Source of the DNA: Ascidiella aspersa
Lineage: Eukaryota
Length of the DNA: 64,000 bases
Direction of reading: 5' to 3'
Assembly (NCBI GenBank): GCA_963924565.1
Contig: OZ004608.1
Coordinates: 9,176,001-9,240,000, forward strand
Positions 12,801 to 25,233 of the stretch are shown piece by piece (position 1 is the first letter of the stretch; every line of letters begins with the position of its first letter). A program made the position numbers and the translations under genes. The notes under the pieces are model-generated. The model worked only from the letters and a program-made list of their open reading frames with translations, was not told the DNA's origin and searched no databases.

Positions 12801-14157
12801 CACCAACGCAGATAATAGTTTATTATATAACTTAAAATCAACCACGGTTCTTAACACGTACTTTGTCATCTAATTAAAAGGGCTAATTGCTAACAGGCGT
12901 TTCCTCTTTAATCTTCGCTTAAAAGGCAAGCCGTAAAAAACACTAAATTAACCCCGGGGCTAGCAAAGGTCCAAATCCCCTTCTCTCAAACTAACTATAC
13001 GGCAATATAGTCGGACCAAAACAAAAGTGTCACTTCCCTCGTTTATCGCTCGACTTCGCACGCAATAAACCCGTTGTTTGGTCGCAACGACGTGCGGAGA
13101 CGTCGGCCCTTCTGATCGTCAAAAAGCGATCGACGCCCTTCTCTAATTGCCAATCGTCGCTGGGCAATTTCCCCGGCTCCGTTTTAACCCGGCCATTTTT
13201 ATCCTGCAGCAGTATAGTCTATGTTATAAGTAAATTTTAACTCTCAAAAATATGACTGAACGCAACATTTTTTTTGCCAAATCGTCGTTCAGCCAATTTC
13301 CCTGGCCAACTTACATGCGGTTGGCCTCATTTCAACTTTAACCCGCCTTATTATTTTTTTATCCTGCAGCAGTGGTCTATGTAAATCTTGAAGAAGACTT
13401 AAAAAGGGGGGTGGATGAAGGCGCGGTTGTAAATTCTTTCAAAAGCGACCGCGTGGCCAACAGTTACGACTGATATCTAATACTATTTTATTTAAGCCTA
13501 TACAAAGGCAGGTAGCATTTTGAACGTTTAAAATATCTCTATTCATTTCCAACATGGAAAAACCTGGAAATGAATACCGAGATATTGGAAAGGTTTAAAA
13601 TGCTGCCTATACATAAACTGTTGCTACCAGGCATGGTAATATAAATCAAAAACAACCCATCTGGTAATTTTAGTTCTATACCAACGTTTCGGTAACCTAT
13701 GCAAGCCGCCTTCGGCAGGGTGAATGACACTAAACGCTCCTACAATAAATGGAAAACACAAAAGGAAAAAAGCAGAAATAAACGCTAGCAACGAAACGAT
13801 AAGAAAATAATTAGTGACTGCCTCTAGTCCTTCAGCGGGTGCTTGTAGCATGCAGAGAGCATCACGTCAGTTTTGATGTACAGTATAAAAATAAAATTAC
13901 CAGAGGATCTGTTTTTGATTCATATGCTACCTATACGTCTATATGGGCTTTGATATTCATACTGAGTCTAACTAAAACCTCAACCATTATGTTCCAAAAA
14001 ATCACCCTTTGTATTCGACTAGGCAACTTCTCCGGACGGCGAGGCGATAGTTACAGGAGCCGGTGACGAGACGCTGCGCTTCTGGAACGTTTTCTCCAAG
14101 ACTCCATCCAACAAGGAGTCCACCTCCGTGCTCAACCTCTTCACGCGCATCCGATGA
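567..14157 (+). CDS. FZR1: Fizzy-related protein homolog (Cdh1/FZR1), APC/C WD40 co-activator; 5'-partial, 9 coding exons
   Basis: Exons 567-876, 1577-1707, 2564-2640, 3514-3648, 5625-5739, 6739-6978, 10277-10485, 12339-12546, 14023-14157; all GT-AG, phase-consistent, 1560 nt total. Contains C-box [53 protein letters not shown]40 repeats ([52 protein letters not shown]) and the C-terminal IR tail (LNLFTRIR*). Confidence 0.97.
1577..1707 (+). CDS. FZR1: FZR1 exon
   Basis: ctacag|AC...AAA|gtaagc; [15 protein letters not shown]...KKNLFK. Confidence 0.93.
2564..2640 (+). CDS. FZR1: FZR1 exon
   Basis: tttcag|TAT...AAAAG|gtaagc; [25 protein letters not shown]. Confidence 0.92.
3514..3648 (+). CDS. 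FZR1: FZR1 exon
   Basis: [10 protein letters not shown]...[23 protein letters not shown]; GT-AG flanks. Confidence 0.96.
5625..5739 (+). CDS. FZR1: FZR1 exon
   Basis: [38 protein letters not shown]; ccacag| and |gtaagt. Confidence 0.96.
6739..6978 (+). CDS. FZR1: FZR1 exon
   Basis: [17 protein letters not shown]...GHKQE; tcccag| and |gtgggt. Confidence 0.96.
7045..7815. mobile_element. hAT-type MITE (degenerate)
   Basis: TIR cattggttctcgacc / ggttgggaacgactg; 8-bp flanks gtgtagtg / gtgtagat. Confidence 0.6.
9845..10006. mobile_element. Small MITE
   Basis: Ends caggtttttttttaaggt / accttaaaaaaacactg are inverted repeats; internal GACCG repeats; TSD not evident. Confidence 0.5.
10037..10231. 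mobile_element. TAGGGATG-type MITE with CCGATA/ATCGGT subterminal motifs
   Basis: Ends tagggcgt / acatcccta; internal gataccg and atcggtatcg; related fragment at 32715-33008. Confidence 0.45.
10277..10485 (+). CDS. FZR1: FZR1 exon
   Basis: VCGLKWS...[10 protein letters not shown]; ccacag| and |gtagat. Confidence 0.96.
10646..10738. repeat. 93-bp imperfect palindrome
   Basis: gtaagacgta...tacgtcttac arms; perfect central palindrome agaagtaggtatacctacttct (10685-10706). Confidence 0.8.
10785..11020 (+). mobile_element. tRNA-derived SINE remnants (two tandem degenerate heads)
   Basis: B-box ggttcgaatccc at about 10834 followed by tgtgagcaaagcgccttaa; second diverged copy at about 10920-11010; no intact cloverleaf. 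Confidence 0.5.
12060..12291. repeat. Tandem about 108-bp units, each bounded by aggctattt...aaatagcct inverted repeats
   Basis: Units 12085-12177 and 12192-12291 plus a partial upstream unit. Confidence 0.7.
12339..12546 (+). CDS. FZR1: FZR1 exon
   Basis: CIRFWNT...GHSYRVLYL; tcgcag| and |gtgagt. Confidence 0.96.
13148..13382. repeat. Diverged tandem duplication (about 130 bp)
   Basis: tgccaatcgtcg...tttatcctgcagcagt...gtctatgt occurs twice. Confidence 0.65.
14023..14157 (+). CDS. FZR1: FZR1 last coding exon
   Basis: [24 protein letters not shown]...[11 protein letters not shown] at 14155-14157. Confidence 0.96.
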   Translation, partial: ATSPDGEAIVTGAGDETLRFWNVFSKTPSNKESTSVLNLFTRIR

Positions 14158-16154
14158 AAACTGCCTCCCCTCCCCTCCCTTTCATACGCCGACCCCTCTA
14201 AAAATCGTCGTTATTTGCTTGATTAAAGGCAATAAACGCCAATGCCGCCAACCATGATGGTGACCGATCTGTTCAAAATCGCCGCTATTGTTCACGTTTG
14301 CGCGATCACTTTATTTTTAGGCAAGGTTCGTCCGCGTTGGTTTTGGTATAAAATCGTTTGCACGCGGAGAAATCGTTTTTCCTTTGCGCTAATCAATGTT
14401 AGAAACGCAACTTCCTTTTTAGTAAACCTGTCGACGAATGCGGCATGACAGGCTTGTCTGGTAATTTTTTTTTTCTGGTAATATCGACCCAAAACTTTTC
14501 TGGTAATATCAGCGAAATTCGTCGAGCATCCATTGCTCGTCCGTTGGCTTTGCTAGAACTCCTGTAATTCCAAGGTCTGTATTATACTTAACACAAAATT
14601 ATTGTCAAGTAAATACGTTTTATTGTCAGTTTTCCATTTTAGAGCAAACACTAACCAAGAAAATGGCCTTTGACATATCCTGGTTCGATCCTCCATTAAT
14701 GCAGTTATTTTGCACGAAACCCCGTTTTGCTCTCATATATATATATATGTGTTTGAAACAACCATTAAAAAAACGGACCCTATTTTCAGCTGTGTCCAGA
14801 TTTTAGGCGGCGTTTTAACCAAAAAAAAGTTTCATCTTTTGTTTATGATTTCACACCTACACCGATTAACACGCAAAAAAACGTTGGAGACGTGATATTC
14901 TTATGTTGTATTTTATTTATTTTCCCGCCTAAAGCGCTCGCGTGTCGCGGATCGTAAGTACCTCTTTGGAAAAGTTTCCAATAATATTTTCCTCCTTGAT
15001 TTTAGTAAAAAGTTTTTTTTTTCTTTTTTCTTTTAACGGCTTCGCGCGACTTCCCGAATCTGTTTTTTTTATTTCCTTTTTTATCGCTTTTCGCCAACCA
15101 CGCGATTGTACGCTTGACTTTTGGGCGATATTTTTTCTTTTTTGCATTGATTAATGTCACAAAGGTAGCGGGTTTGACTTTTCTTTTTCATAAGAAAATA
15201 ATTTCTTTTATAATGTAAAAATAACACGAATTGCGAAACAGTAAATCGCAAAAGAATTTCAACCGGCGCCCTGCTTAATTTTATTTTTGCACTGTGAAAT
15301 AGAGCGCCACCCAACGGAAAATGTGCGAGCTGCACTAATCGCAAATGACAAGTTTTTGGGTGGATTTGGTTGAAACACCCGTTTATGCATGGCACATGCT
15401 GCTTTGTGATTTTTTTGTGAAAACGGCTTTCTTAGGACAAAATCGAAAATGTGAACTAAAATCTGATGTATTTAGAACTGTACCGTTAATAGCCCTTACT
15501 TGGTTAACAAACATCCTATAAAGACCTTTTATCAACACATAACCGTAAACTTTTTGTTTCGTTTTGTTATTGGTTCATTTAAAGTACCGCCGATGAATTT
15601 GCGTATCATCAATTCTTTAGAAACACACTTGTGTAAAAATAGGCGAAATCGGAATGTAATAATACCTAATTTACCACGTGCGTTTTATTTTTCCGCGCAA
15701 AAGTATTATTACCCCACCCATAGCTGCATATTATTAACCTAGGAACATTCAAGTTAAGTTCTTATATATTTTTTGTTGTTGTCTGCACGGCGCGGTTCGC
15801 TCTGCCTCGCAGCGAAATCTTACTTTATTAATATTATCATTATTACTCTTCTTCTTATTATTATTTTATTATTTATTGCCCGCGGTTAGGCAGGTACAAT
15901 TCTATACCGGCGCCGTGAGACGCTAAAGACGCCCCGTTGAAATTTTATTGCCGTCGTCGTCATTGCTATTATCATTATCATCACCAGCGTTGATCGTCCT
16001 TCGTGTCCCAGTGATTGTGACTCTATACTTTTTCTCCGTTTTTTCCCGAGCGATGTTGCGCTTTCTCCGTTTCACAGCGTTATTCGTGATCGATCGAACG
16101 AACAAAGGGTGCGATGTAAAAAAGATGTCGCTTTAAGTTGAGCGGAAGGGATGG

Positions 16155-16612
16155 TAGTGAGTCGTATCCAATCGAGAAATAGGTATTATTCCTTGTTATT
16201 TTGATGCAGGCGTCAACGTTTGAAGTTTCTCTTCTCTTGTTGCGTCGTACAAAACAGGAAAGTTTATTGGTGAGGATAGGTTTTATTGAGTGTTGTTTCT
16301 GCTTTCAAAACTTTTGTTATATGGCAAAACTACCTTGTCTTTCTCATCTAAAGAATATTTTGACTTAAAGGAGGTATAGTGAGTCGTATCGAGTCGAGAA
16401 ATAGATATCATTCCTTGTTATTTTGATACTGGCGATAGATAGATATGATTTTATTCGGAACATCAAAAAACCGACGAAATCAAAACGTTTTGCAATATTT
16501 GACGTTTCCAGGGGGAAGCGAAAGACCATTAAGTTCATTGAGTCAGCTTTCCCTTTAATCGCGCTATTTCCACCATATGAAAAGGAAAGTTTGTTCTTGG
16601 GGATAGGTATTT
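16155..16612. repeat. Diverged tandem duplication (about 220 bp)
   Basis: tagtgagtcgtatc...tcgagaaatag...attccttgttattttgat at 16155 and 16377; ggaaagttt...ggataggt in both units. Confidence 0.65.
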
Positions 16613-17312
16613 GACAGTTATTGCTGCTTAAAAAAAAAACAGGGTGTCCGCGCGAGGTTAATGAACAGATTATTAGTTAATAAGGCAGCAGTTCTTGGAC
16701 GAGCAGTTGTTCGCCACTGGGTTACGATCAGTCTTTGGGGTTATGCAAGCTTGATAATTTTTTAAGAGGTTCGTCGCTGAAAAGTTGAAAACTTATTTAA
16801 GGCAATTGTCAAAAAAAGAAACGCAAACATGTTTTTCAGAATTGCATTTTGTTTTCGTAAATCTTATATTTTGTTGGTCAATGCGTGAAAAACTGTATCC
16901 ATCTATCTTAAAACTCGCTGTCAAGGTCATACTAGGGCAGTATTAGAAGTGCTGTTTTCACAAATTACATCGTTTATCAGGCAAAAAAACAATTGCTACA
17001 AACACGTAAATCGATAAATCCAGGCTTGTTGACTGAAAGTTTATGAATGAATCACCCAAGTTCAAAATTTGCGGAAATGCATAGGTACCAGAGGCCTTGT
17101 AACAAAACAACAGTTGACGTAAAAACAAGGACGTTTTGTCGGCAATAACAAGTGTTATTGTGCAAACCTCTTTCTGTCGCAAGCTCAAAAGCCTTCCGGC
17201 CATAATATAACACAGGGAAATTACAGAACTGATATGAAAAAACATAGCCTACAACTACCATTAGTAGTTGAAAGGGCTTTTTTTAACGTTTTAAGTGCCA
17301 CACCTGTGCCAC

Positions 17313-17555
17313 GGGGAGAGCTTGAATGACTTTAATTACTTTTTTGAATTGCTTGAGCCTTATGATCTTTAATGAAATAATGAAAAACTTTTAAAATGAC
17401 ATAATAGTTACATTAAAAAAAAAACATTACAACAAATGAGTCAATTATATGACTAATGGTTAAATTAAAAACCCTTGATTTTAAGCCAAGAGTTATTTGA
17501 CTCAATGATTGAAGTCCAAGTCATTTTTAAAACAGTGACTTGCGTTAAAACACTG
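17313..17555. mobile_element. GACTT-repeat MITE family fragment
   Basis: aagtcatttttaaaacagtgacttg...aaaacactg end shared with 33031-33086 and (reverse) 63743-64000. Confidence 0.55.
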
Positions 17556-20500
17556 CTCAAATCACCCTACTATTAGGAACCAGTGATATAAAAATAAGAC
17601 AGATGAAAAACAAGGAGTCGCATTTCTTTCTAATAACGCAGAAATGTTTTTTTTTTCAGTTTAAACGCGGCGCACTTTCGCGCCTAACAAGCTAGTTTGG
17701 CTGGCGACAAGTGCCCTTGAAAGGCGAGCGTCCCCAGTTGACAGCAAGCTAGTATAGGTCGGACACGAGCCCCAAGCGATCGTTGGCAGATCGATAAGCG
17801 GAAAATGCGACAATCTATTGTGTCTTGTTAAGTTTACGTGATGCTTATCACCAGAGAACAGCGATAGTTGTCGGCTATAGCTAAGAAATTGTAAATCGAT
17901 GTGCAAAAGCAGCGTTTCTTTGCAACCAAAAGTTAGATGATGTCAAATTGTACGTGTTTATTAAATTTATACATTCGAAATGCTGCCATTTGTACAAGGA
18001 TGATGGTTAAATTACAAATCGAAGTATTTGTCCATTGAATAGGTCTACCAGACTATCTAAATTTGAATATTAAGTTTCTAGAATAAATAGGGTGGTTTTA
18101 ATGTTACCGATCTTCGATTAAAATAAAAGTCAGCTCTAAGTTGAATCAAGTTTACTTTCCATAAGACATGTAACGTTTGGCCGTGGGGTAACATACCGCT
18201 TTATTGCTCAGAGTATTTGCGAAGAAACATAGGGTCGTAATATCACGTATTCGCTTTATTTTTCTGTAAGCGTTTTCACAACTCAACAAACGTCACTGTC
18301 AGATCAGGGCAAAGCAAGCAGTACGAAAGGTTCATTGCTAACAGCAGTTATACAAGTTTAGAATAAAAAGGAATAAGGAATGATTTTGTTGGCGAGTTAG
18401 ACATTTTAATTGAGTATGAACTGTGTGATAAAAACGTTTGTTTGAAATGAAAATAAATTGTTTTCTGCAAATACAAGAATTAGGCAAGAAAATGACTTTT
18501 ATGAGTATATATTTTCTCTTATAGTTATTTGTCTAGTTTTGTCGTGTTGTATATCTTGTCTAACTACAAAGATCTAGTAAAGTGCTCAGCGCTGTGGCAC
18601 TTTTACTTGCGGAGTTATAGTTTCGAGACGCTTTGCTCACTCTATTTTTAACCGGAGCGCATCAGCAGAGAGTGTCAATCCGGATAATACGTTTCGCATG
18701 GCGTCGGCAGTAGTTTCGCTGACAAAGCTGAGGTCGTTACGGTTTCGCCTTGCGTCAGACCCAGTTAACGAGCGTGTCTTGTTGCGACTTTGACCTTTAC
18801 GCAATCACCTGCGCGCCAGCGTCACGTCTCGACAATTGGGCCTTTCGGGCGTGGGAGAAAAGGTCATTTCGCAACGCCGATGGTGCCTTTGCACTGTTGA
18901 TTCACCCCAAGGCAGGGTGAAGTGACTCGTATTTCGTCAGCCGCGATGTTTGCATGAGTTTTAGTGGCGCTTCACACCTTTGTTAAACTACCGCTCACGC
19001 CCGTATGAAGCAATACTTGCGCGACAGTGTAGTTGTACAGTAGGGTGATTCCTGACCGTAGTGGCAGCTCGATCATGTTAGTGAGAATATTCGGAGCTTA
19101 GGTTAAACCCAAAAAAATTGGCGAATGTATTATCAGGTCCTTTTTTTAGGTCGTTCACGGTTGCCTGGACTTAACTGTGATCACACTTTGGTTACATCAA
19201 AGCCAGCCTGTACGTAGTAATAGCGTGGTGGTTCAGGAAAGGGAAATTGGCCAGTTAAACTCACGACTTGTACGCTGCCTGTTCGGCTGAGAGATTCACT
19301 AGAGTCTACTCTATACGTTCCCAGACCGTTGTAATGTTTCCCTTGACTTAAATAAGATTTTACTTCTTTTGGAACGACTGCTAGCATTGATGGAGCAATA
19401 ATTTATATTAAAGTTTCAGCAAAATAGTCTGTTAAAGCTAATATTTCAGGTCAGACACTTTATATAGATGTTAATATCACAAAAAAAATATCTTGCCTGA
19501 AGCATCATAACTTGCTCGACTTATCTGTTGTTACTGATTAGGAATTGAGGTCGACATTTATCTTGCAAAGGTCAAGGTGATTTCCAATATTACCTATTCC
19601 GTGCAACATAATTAAGTTAAGGAACATTTTCTCACTTTTGGCGGCAGGTAGTTCAAGTGTTACAGTAAGACAGCTTTTGCCAGTTAAAATGAGTGGTATT
19701 CGAGCTTACATTGGACTTCAAGCTTAACTCGGCACAATCTGAATTTAAGTATGCGGACGTCCGCTACACTAACCCCTGCATGTCACAATGTTGTGCACGA
19801 GATAGATCAGCACGTGCGTCTCCTCTGCAGACATAATCACCTCGGTCCCTTGTTATCAAACCGCATCCGCGAACATCGCTGGCAATTTGATGGCGAAAAC
19901 CTCTGGGTTACAATTGGAAGCGGCGGAAGTGATCAGAGGCACAACGCGACACAAGAGAAAAAGTTGCGATGTTGCGCTGTTCTAGCGAAACGCGACAAGC
20001 CCAAGAGCTGTCGGGTTGCTGCTGTTGTTGTTCCTTAGGCCTGTGGCCATAGAGGCATATCAACTTGCACCAGGGTTGTTGCTTGACCTGGCCGACATTT
20101 TGGAACCTTTCTGTGGTTGTTTATCTTTACAGCAGCGGGTGTAAGCGGAAGGAGTTGGTGGCGAGACTGCAGCAAACGCGGGTTGCAATTTGCATATGTT
20201 CGTGTCATGGGCTGGGTAGAGTTGGCTGTATACCTAAAACGTGTACAAAGATTAGACATGTCTTTAAAGTGATCGAACATTGTGTAGCGTTATTTAAATT
20301 GAGTCAGATTTCCCTTCAAGTATGTTGGTCTTATTATGTTATTCCGCCTATGCTGAGCGCTATAATGTGAAGTAAATTGAGTCGATGGTTCTGCGGGCGG
20401 CGAAAGACATTTATTTATCACGCGTGTTGAAGTCCCCACTAAATTAAACGCATATATCAATAATTTACGATAGTTGTCAGATGTTCAACTACAAAATGGA

Positions 20501-21573
20501 CAAGACAGCACAGTGTAAAAAAGCTTCGCGTCAAGATGCGCTTAGTATAGGTAGGCAAGGGTTGGGAAAATATTTTTGACAAGGGGCCGTATGAGAAACA
20601 AAAAACAAAAAATGTCTTGGCGGGCCGTGCTAGTGATTTAGTGAAAAGGCAGGTTACCTTACAAGTGTAAATTATTTCATGAAATAGTCTAAATTTATAA
20701 AAAAAGGTCGAGGCCTTCTTTTGCTTAAAAACATTTTATTAAAAGGGATTGAATTGCTTGGTGTACCGTGTAGTTTTCCCAGGTCTGGTTTACAGTAACT
20801 TCACAATCCACCATTACATTCCCACTCGGATTGCGGTGTCTTTCTGAACTACAAGTAAACACGCACAGCTCAATTAACGACAATTACGCGAAAGGCTTTT
20901 CTGCCATTGAATCAACAGCGCACGTGGATCAGTGGAGGTGTTGAATTTCGTGTTGGTCCTGCTTTGTGCTTAGTCAGTCGACTGCGAAGCGCCAACTTTT
21001 TGACTCATTTTCTCGCCTTTGTTGTCCTACTCCAGCCAACTATTTTCCGCACACTGAATTACTACAGTGTGCTGTTTAACATTATTTCCTTAAACAGGTT
21101 GTCAAATTCTCCTAAAGCTTTCACCTGTCGCATTGTTAATTGGCCTTGTAGCGTCGCTCGGGGTTTTGGTTAATAGCTTCCGCGAGCCGCCGTTATTATC
21201 TGCTGGATTAACGATCAGTTAGGATACACAAAGTAGCCTTTCGGCAGCCGCTGATAGGCCGAAGATGTGAAAGTCTGGTTATTAATTGCCATCAGAGCGA
21301 CGGTCGACAGTAGCTGAGCTATTACGTTCTCTACTTGCTACTTTTTACACGTAGACGACAACGCTTAATTAGCCTTCAGGTCTACTTCTGGTCGCGTTTA
21401 TTTAAAGTAGCATCAGCTAAGATTAGGTAGAACATAGTTTGAAAGCGAGCTGAGGTATTCGCCTGTATTTGATTAGATTCACTTCTTTTGAGCAACAGCT
21501 GTCGTGTTTTTATTGTCACTACTAATCAAACCCGCGCTTTGTCATAGAAACAATACTGTTTGTGTTTTTACAG

Positions 21574-21693
21574 GAAACTGTGGGCTTTAGGAATTTGATT
21601 GAAAGCTTTCGAACTGTTGCTATCACAGAAAACAACGACGAGGACCGAATCAACAAAGAAACTGCTGCAATCACAAACTCGGCATTTTTAAAG
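21574..21693 (+). other. Probable upstream (5'UTR or alternative) exon of the NHL gene
   Basis: Strong acceptor tgtgtttttacag| and donor AAG|gtgagt; 120 nt, open in phase 0 (ETVGFRNLIESF...AFLK). Confidence 0.45.
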
Positions 21694-22590
21694 GTGAGTG
21701 TATAGTTACGAAAAACAGTTACTTTGTACGCACATGTTGTTGTAAACACCCCCTTGTTGGTAGGCGCTCTAAATTACAGGACTGTGTTTTGTTTTACTTT
21801 CCGGTAACCAGCGATAAGACGAATACAACCCAATGGGCTAAATACAGGTGTTGTTACGAAAAACAACTACTTTGTTGGCACATAATATTAATCACACACC
21901 CCATATATGTAGGCGCCAAAAAGTGAAACAAAACATTTCGTTCAGCGCAATGGAGGGGTCGTAACACTTGGATTTTAGAGGTTGGCTAGGGGCTACAGCT
22001 ATTTGAGTACATCAGCATAAAGGTCAAGGCCTTTTAGCCATTGTGTAAGGCTAACCGCAAAGCGGCTGTGTAGGGTTTAATATCCTACCTGCTGCTACCA
22101 ATGCCGCCTTTTAGCGTCCGATAAAAAAACGCTTCCCACACTCTTGATAGCGCAGAGGCCTTCAATTACAATCTGCTGTCTGTGCCTATGCGCCTTGGCA
22201 ATAACATGCAAGTAGGCCTGGGGAAATTTAGACGGGTCCGGCGCTTTGTCCGCGTTTGCCTTGGCGTCTTGAGTGAAACCGAAAGGCGTGAATTGGCCTC
22301 GGGTATAAGATAACCTCAAACATACACAGAGACAGAGAGAGGTGCAGGGCGTCGTCGTCCTGTATAGCGCCTCAAAAAACGGGAGCCGAGTCATTGAATA
22401 GGGCGGCCAGGAAGCAGAAGTCATACATCGTGCTCGCGCAATCCGCTCCGCAAGTCGCTACCCTTGCTGCAGATTATGCCACCGGGGCCGCCTTTCGAGT
22501 AATTTGTTCCGGTGCTGTGTTATGTACTTGTAAAGCTAATGTTGCGCCTGTTGCCAGTGGTGCTGTCCGAACTTTTTGGTCAAAGTTGTC

Positions 22591-22932
22591 GTGTAAGATG
22601 AGGCAATTATGAACAATATTATAATTTCAGTGTGCTTGTATTTGAAATAATGCTGTTCCTGTATTCTATGGTGGTGTACGAAGTATTGTACAATCCTGTT
22701 GGCCAGGGAGAGCTTGAACGAGGTGTTTTGTAGGATGAGGCAGGTAAATTCATAATGTTTAGTATTTGAATTAATGCTGTTCCTGTAATCTTTGGTGATG
22801 TACAAAGAATTGTACAATCTTGTTGGTCAGTGATAGCTAAAGGTTGTTTGTAGCACGAGACAGTTAAAAACAATAATATAATATTACAGTGTTTAGTATT
22901 TGAATCAATGCTAGTCATGTATTTTTTGGTGT
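22591..22932. repeat. Diverged tandem repeat, about 125-135 bp x 2.5
   Basis: gtatttgaa..aatgctgttcctgta..tggtg.tgtac...attgtacaatc.tgttgg recurs. Confidence 0.7.
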
Positions 22933-25233
22933 TCCGCTTTACAGTAGGTTAGATAGAGCGTAAATAAATTGTCTTACAAGATGCAGTGTTGTACAATATT
23001 ACGAAACAATATTTAGTATTTAATTTTGTGGCCATTTTGCTGTCATTTTATAATAGTAAAATATTTAAAACTGTTACTTGACTAGCCACAGTGCTATTAC
23101 CAAAGTAATGTGTTGTGCTCAGGACTTCAATGTTTCCCCGGTGGAATGTGCGCAGTTGTAGGTCAACATGTGCATGTCGACTTGTAAAATGCAGTAGCAC
23201 TTTGGTGTGAAGTCAATTTAACCAGCGTCAGTCAGTTGGCTCAAGGGCGTCAAATTATGTTAAACTCCCAGCTAAAACAGTGCAACATTTCATTTACATT
23301 AAATATGACCGGGTGCGCGCAGTGCCTATTGCGCTTACTTCAGCTTTACTCCAGGCTTATATCTTTTGGCAGTTCCACAGTGCAGAAGTGTGCATGCGTT
23401 GCAGTTAAAACGGTGAAGCACAATAAAGCGGCTTAGGCTTGGCGCAAATGCAGTTGAACTATACGTCTTTCGTAAGACTTACGATATGTAGGAGCTATTG
23501 TTGCGACTACGGTTAGGCGTGAAAGGTCGCGGATAATATAATTATTCCGTAAAAAACATCTGAAAACTGTATATTACGCATACAGGCCACGAAACATGAC
23601 ATAATGTGGGGGAGTGGACAATAGTAAACACATACACGCGTCATACGGCCTTGTTAAGTTGCCCGCTATCGAAGCAATTATTAGCAATTTGTCAGCTAAT
23701 TGACGCTCGTATGCGCTGAGTCTACAAATGTACTTTTAAAAAACCTGTTCTCGTAATTTTGCGATATGACGAACCAAAATGACGGGTGCTTTTTGTTGGC
23801 GGAACTTTACGGATTAATTCGACCACGTCTGGGATATTTAAAATCTTGCGCGTTCGAAAACTTACCTGGCGGGACTTGACCTTAAAATGGAAAAAAATCA
23901 TCTCAAATAAAACACTATGAAACGATTTAAAACTTGTAAAACAAAAAATACCCTGTCAAAGTGGCATTCCAGGAAAATAGAAAACCCCTGACAAAGGCCG
24001 TTAGCGTTCCTAAAAAACAAAAAGGAAAGGTATTTTGCCTTAAAAATCCGTGATCGAAAATACCGTTTTGAGCAAAGGTTTCTCAGTTCAACGGACGACA
24101 TTTTTCGACTATTAATAAAAACCCGGATTTTTAAAATTAATTTGCGAAAATTGCGAAATTTCCGACGTGCATGCGTAACTGTAACCTGAAAGCTGTATTT
24201 ATAAAACAATATTTTTTTGTAAATTAGGTTTCGCAATGACATCATTCGAAAAGACGCCGTGGTACGTTTGAGTTCGTCGCACTTGCCGGTCAAATGCCCT
24301 TTGCAGTTTTGCTATTGTTAAGCGCTTGCCTTTGAAAACGTGCTTGAGTCTGGGCCCTGGTTGTGAGGACTTATGCTTAAAAAGGCAATGTTGCCAGTTG
24401 CGTTAGTTTTATAGAAAGTGCGTCAGGCGCCGCGGCGTTTCGAGGCCTGACGCATTTCGTCCACATTTAATGAATCAGCCTAATCTGGCGCGTTCTGTTC
24501 CATAGAGGCTTCGACAGGCGAGCGTGTATCTGCTTGTTTACGACTGGCAAGTTTTTTTTAGAACATATAGCTTGCAGCGTTTGGTTTGTCTGCGGCCGGA
24601 TTTGTGAAAGTGCGAAGGGTAGAAGATACCGATATGCAAAAAGGGTAAAACTGCGCCTTGATACATTTAGTCTACGTGGAAGCGATTTTGACCTGCCTCA
24701 GTAGCTGAGTGGAGGATTTTGCGGTGACATTTGAGACAGTACACAGAATTGGTGATGTAGTACGCTTGTTACTGAGATAAAGTATATTTTGTTTAAAGAA
24801 CTGATATTTGTTGTTGGTTGATGGAGTAAGAAGCAGCTAGGAACAGATAAAGCCGTTTTATTTTAGGTGTAGCTCTGAGCACCTGCTGGGTTTTCGCAGC
24901 GTTATCTAAGTTTGGTTTTCACAGACGAAAAAGAGTTAAGAAGAGCTGGTTCATAGGTAGTGGAGGTATTCGTTCTTAAATTTTTTTAAAAGTCATCAAT
25001 AAAATATATATTTGTTAGAACTAGAGCTGAACTTAGGATAGGTAAATTTTTAGCAAACTTAGCAAGTCAGTTGCAAGTTGTTCAATACAGAACGGCATAA
25101 GCGTTTGCCGTTACACTTTCACTCGTTGAAATTATTCCGTCGACTGTTGCAGCACTTAAGACCCTTGTGCGTATGACGCGTAAAATGTAGTTGAGACTGG
25201 CTCGTGATAAAAAAGCGGCCTGAAAGCTGAGCG

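Noticed and set aside
16375-16389. tatagtgagtcgtat, a 15-nt match to the reverse complement of the T7 promoter
   Set aside because: Both ends of the T7 consensus are missing, no vector sequence flanks it, and it lies in a diverged genomic duplication with a second variant at 16155; best read as chance.
19751-20370. Overlapping 80-100-aa ORFs in a moderately GC-rich intergenic block
   Set aside because: No RING/B-box Cys/His spacing or convincing splice sites linking them to the NHL gene; more likely regulatory DNA.
23898-24293. 131-aa - strand ORF
   Set aside because: F/K/I/R-rich composition typical of chance ORFs in AT-rich, repeat-like DNA; non-ATG start.
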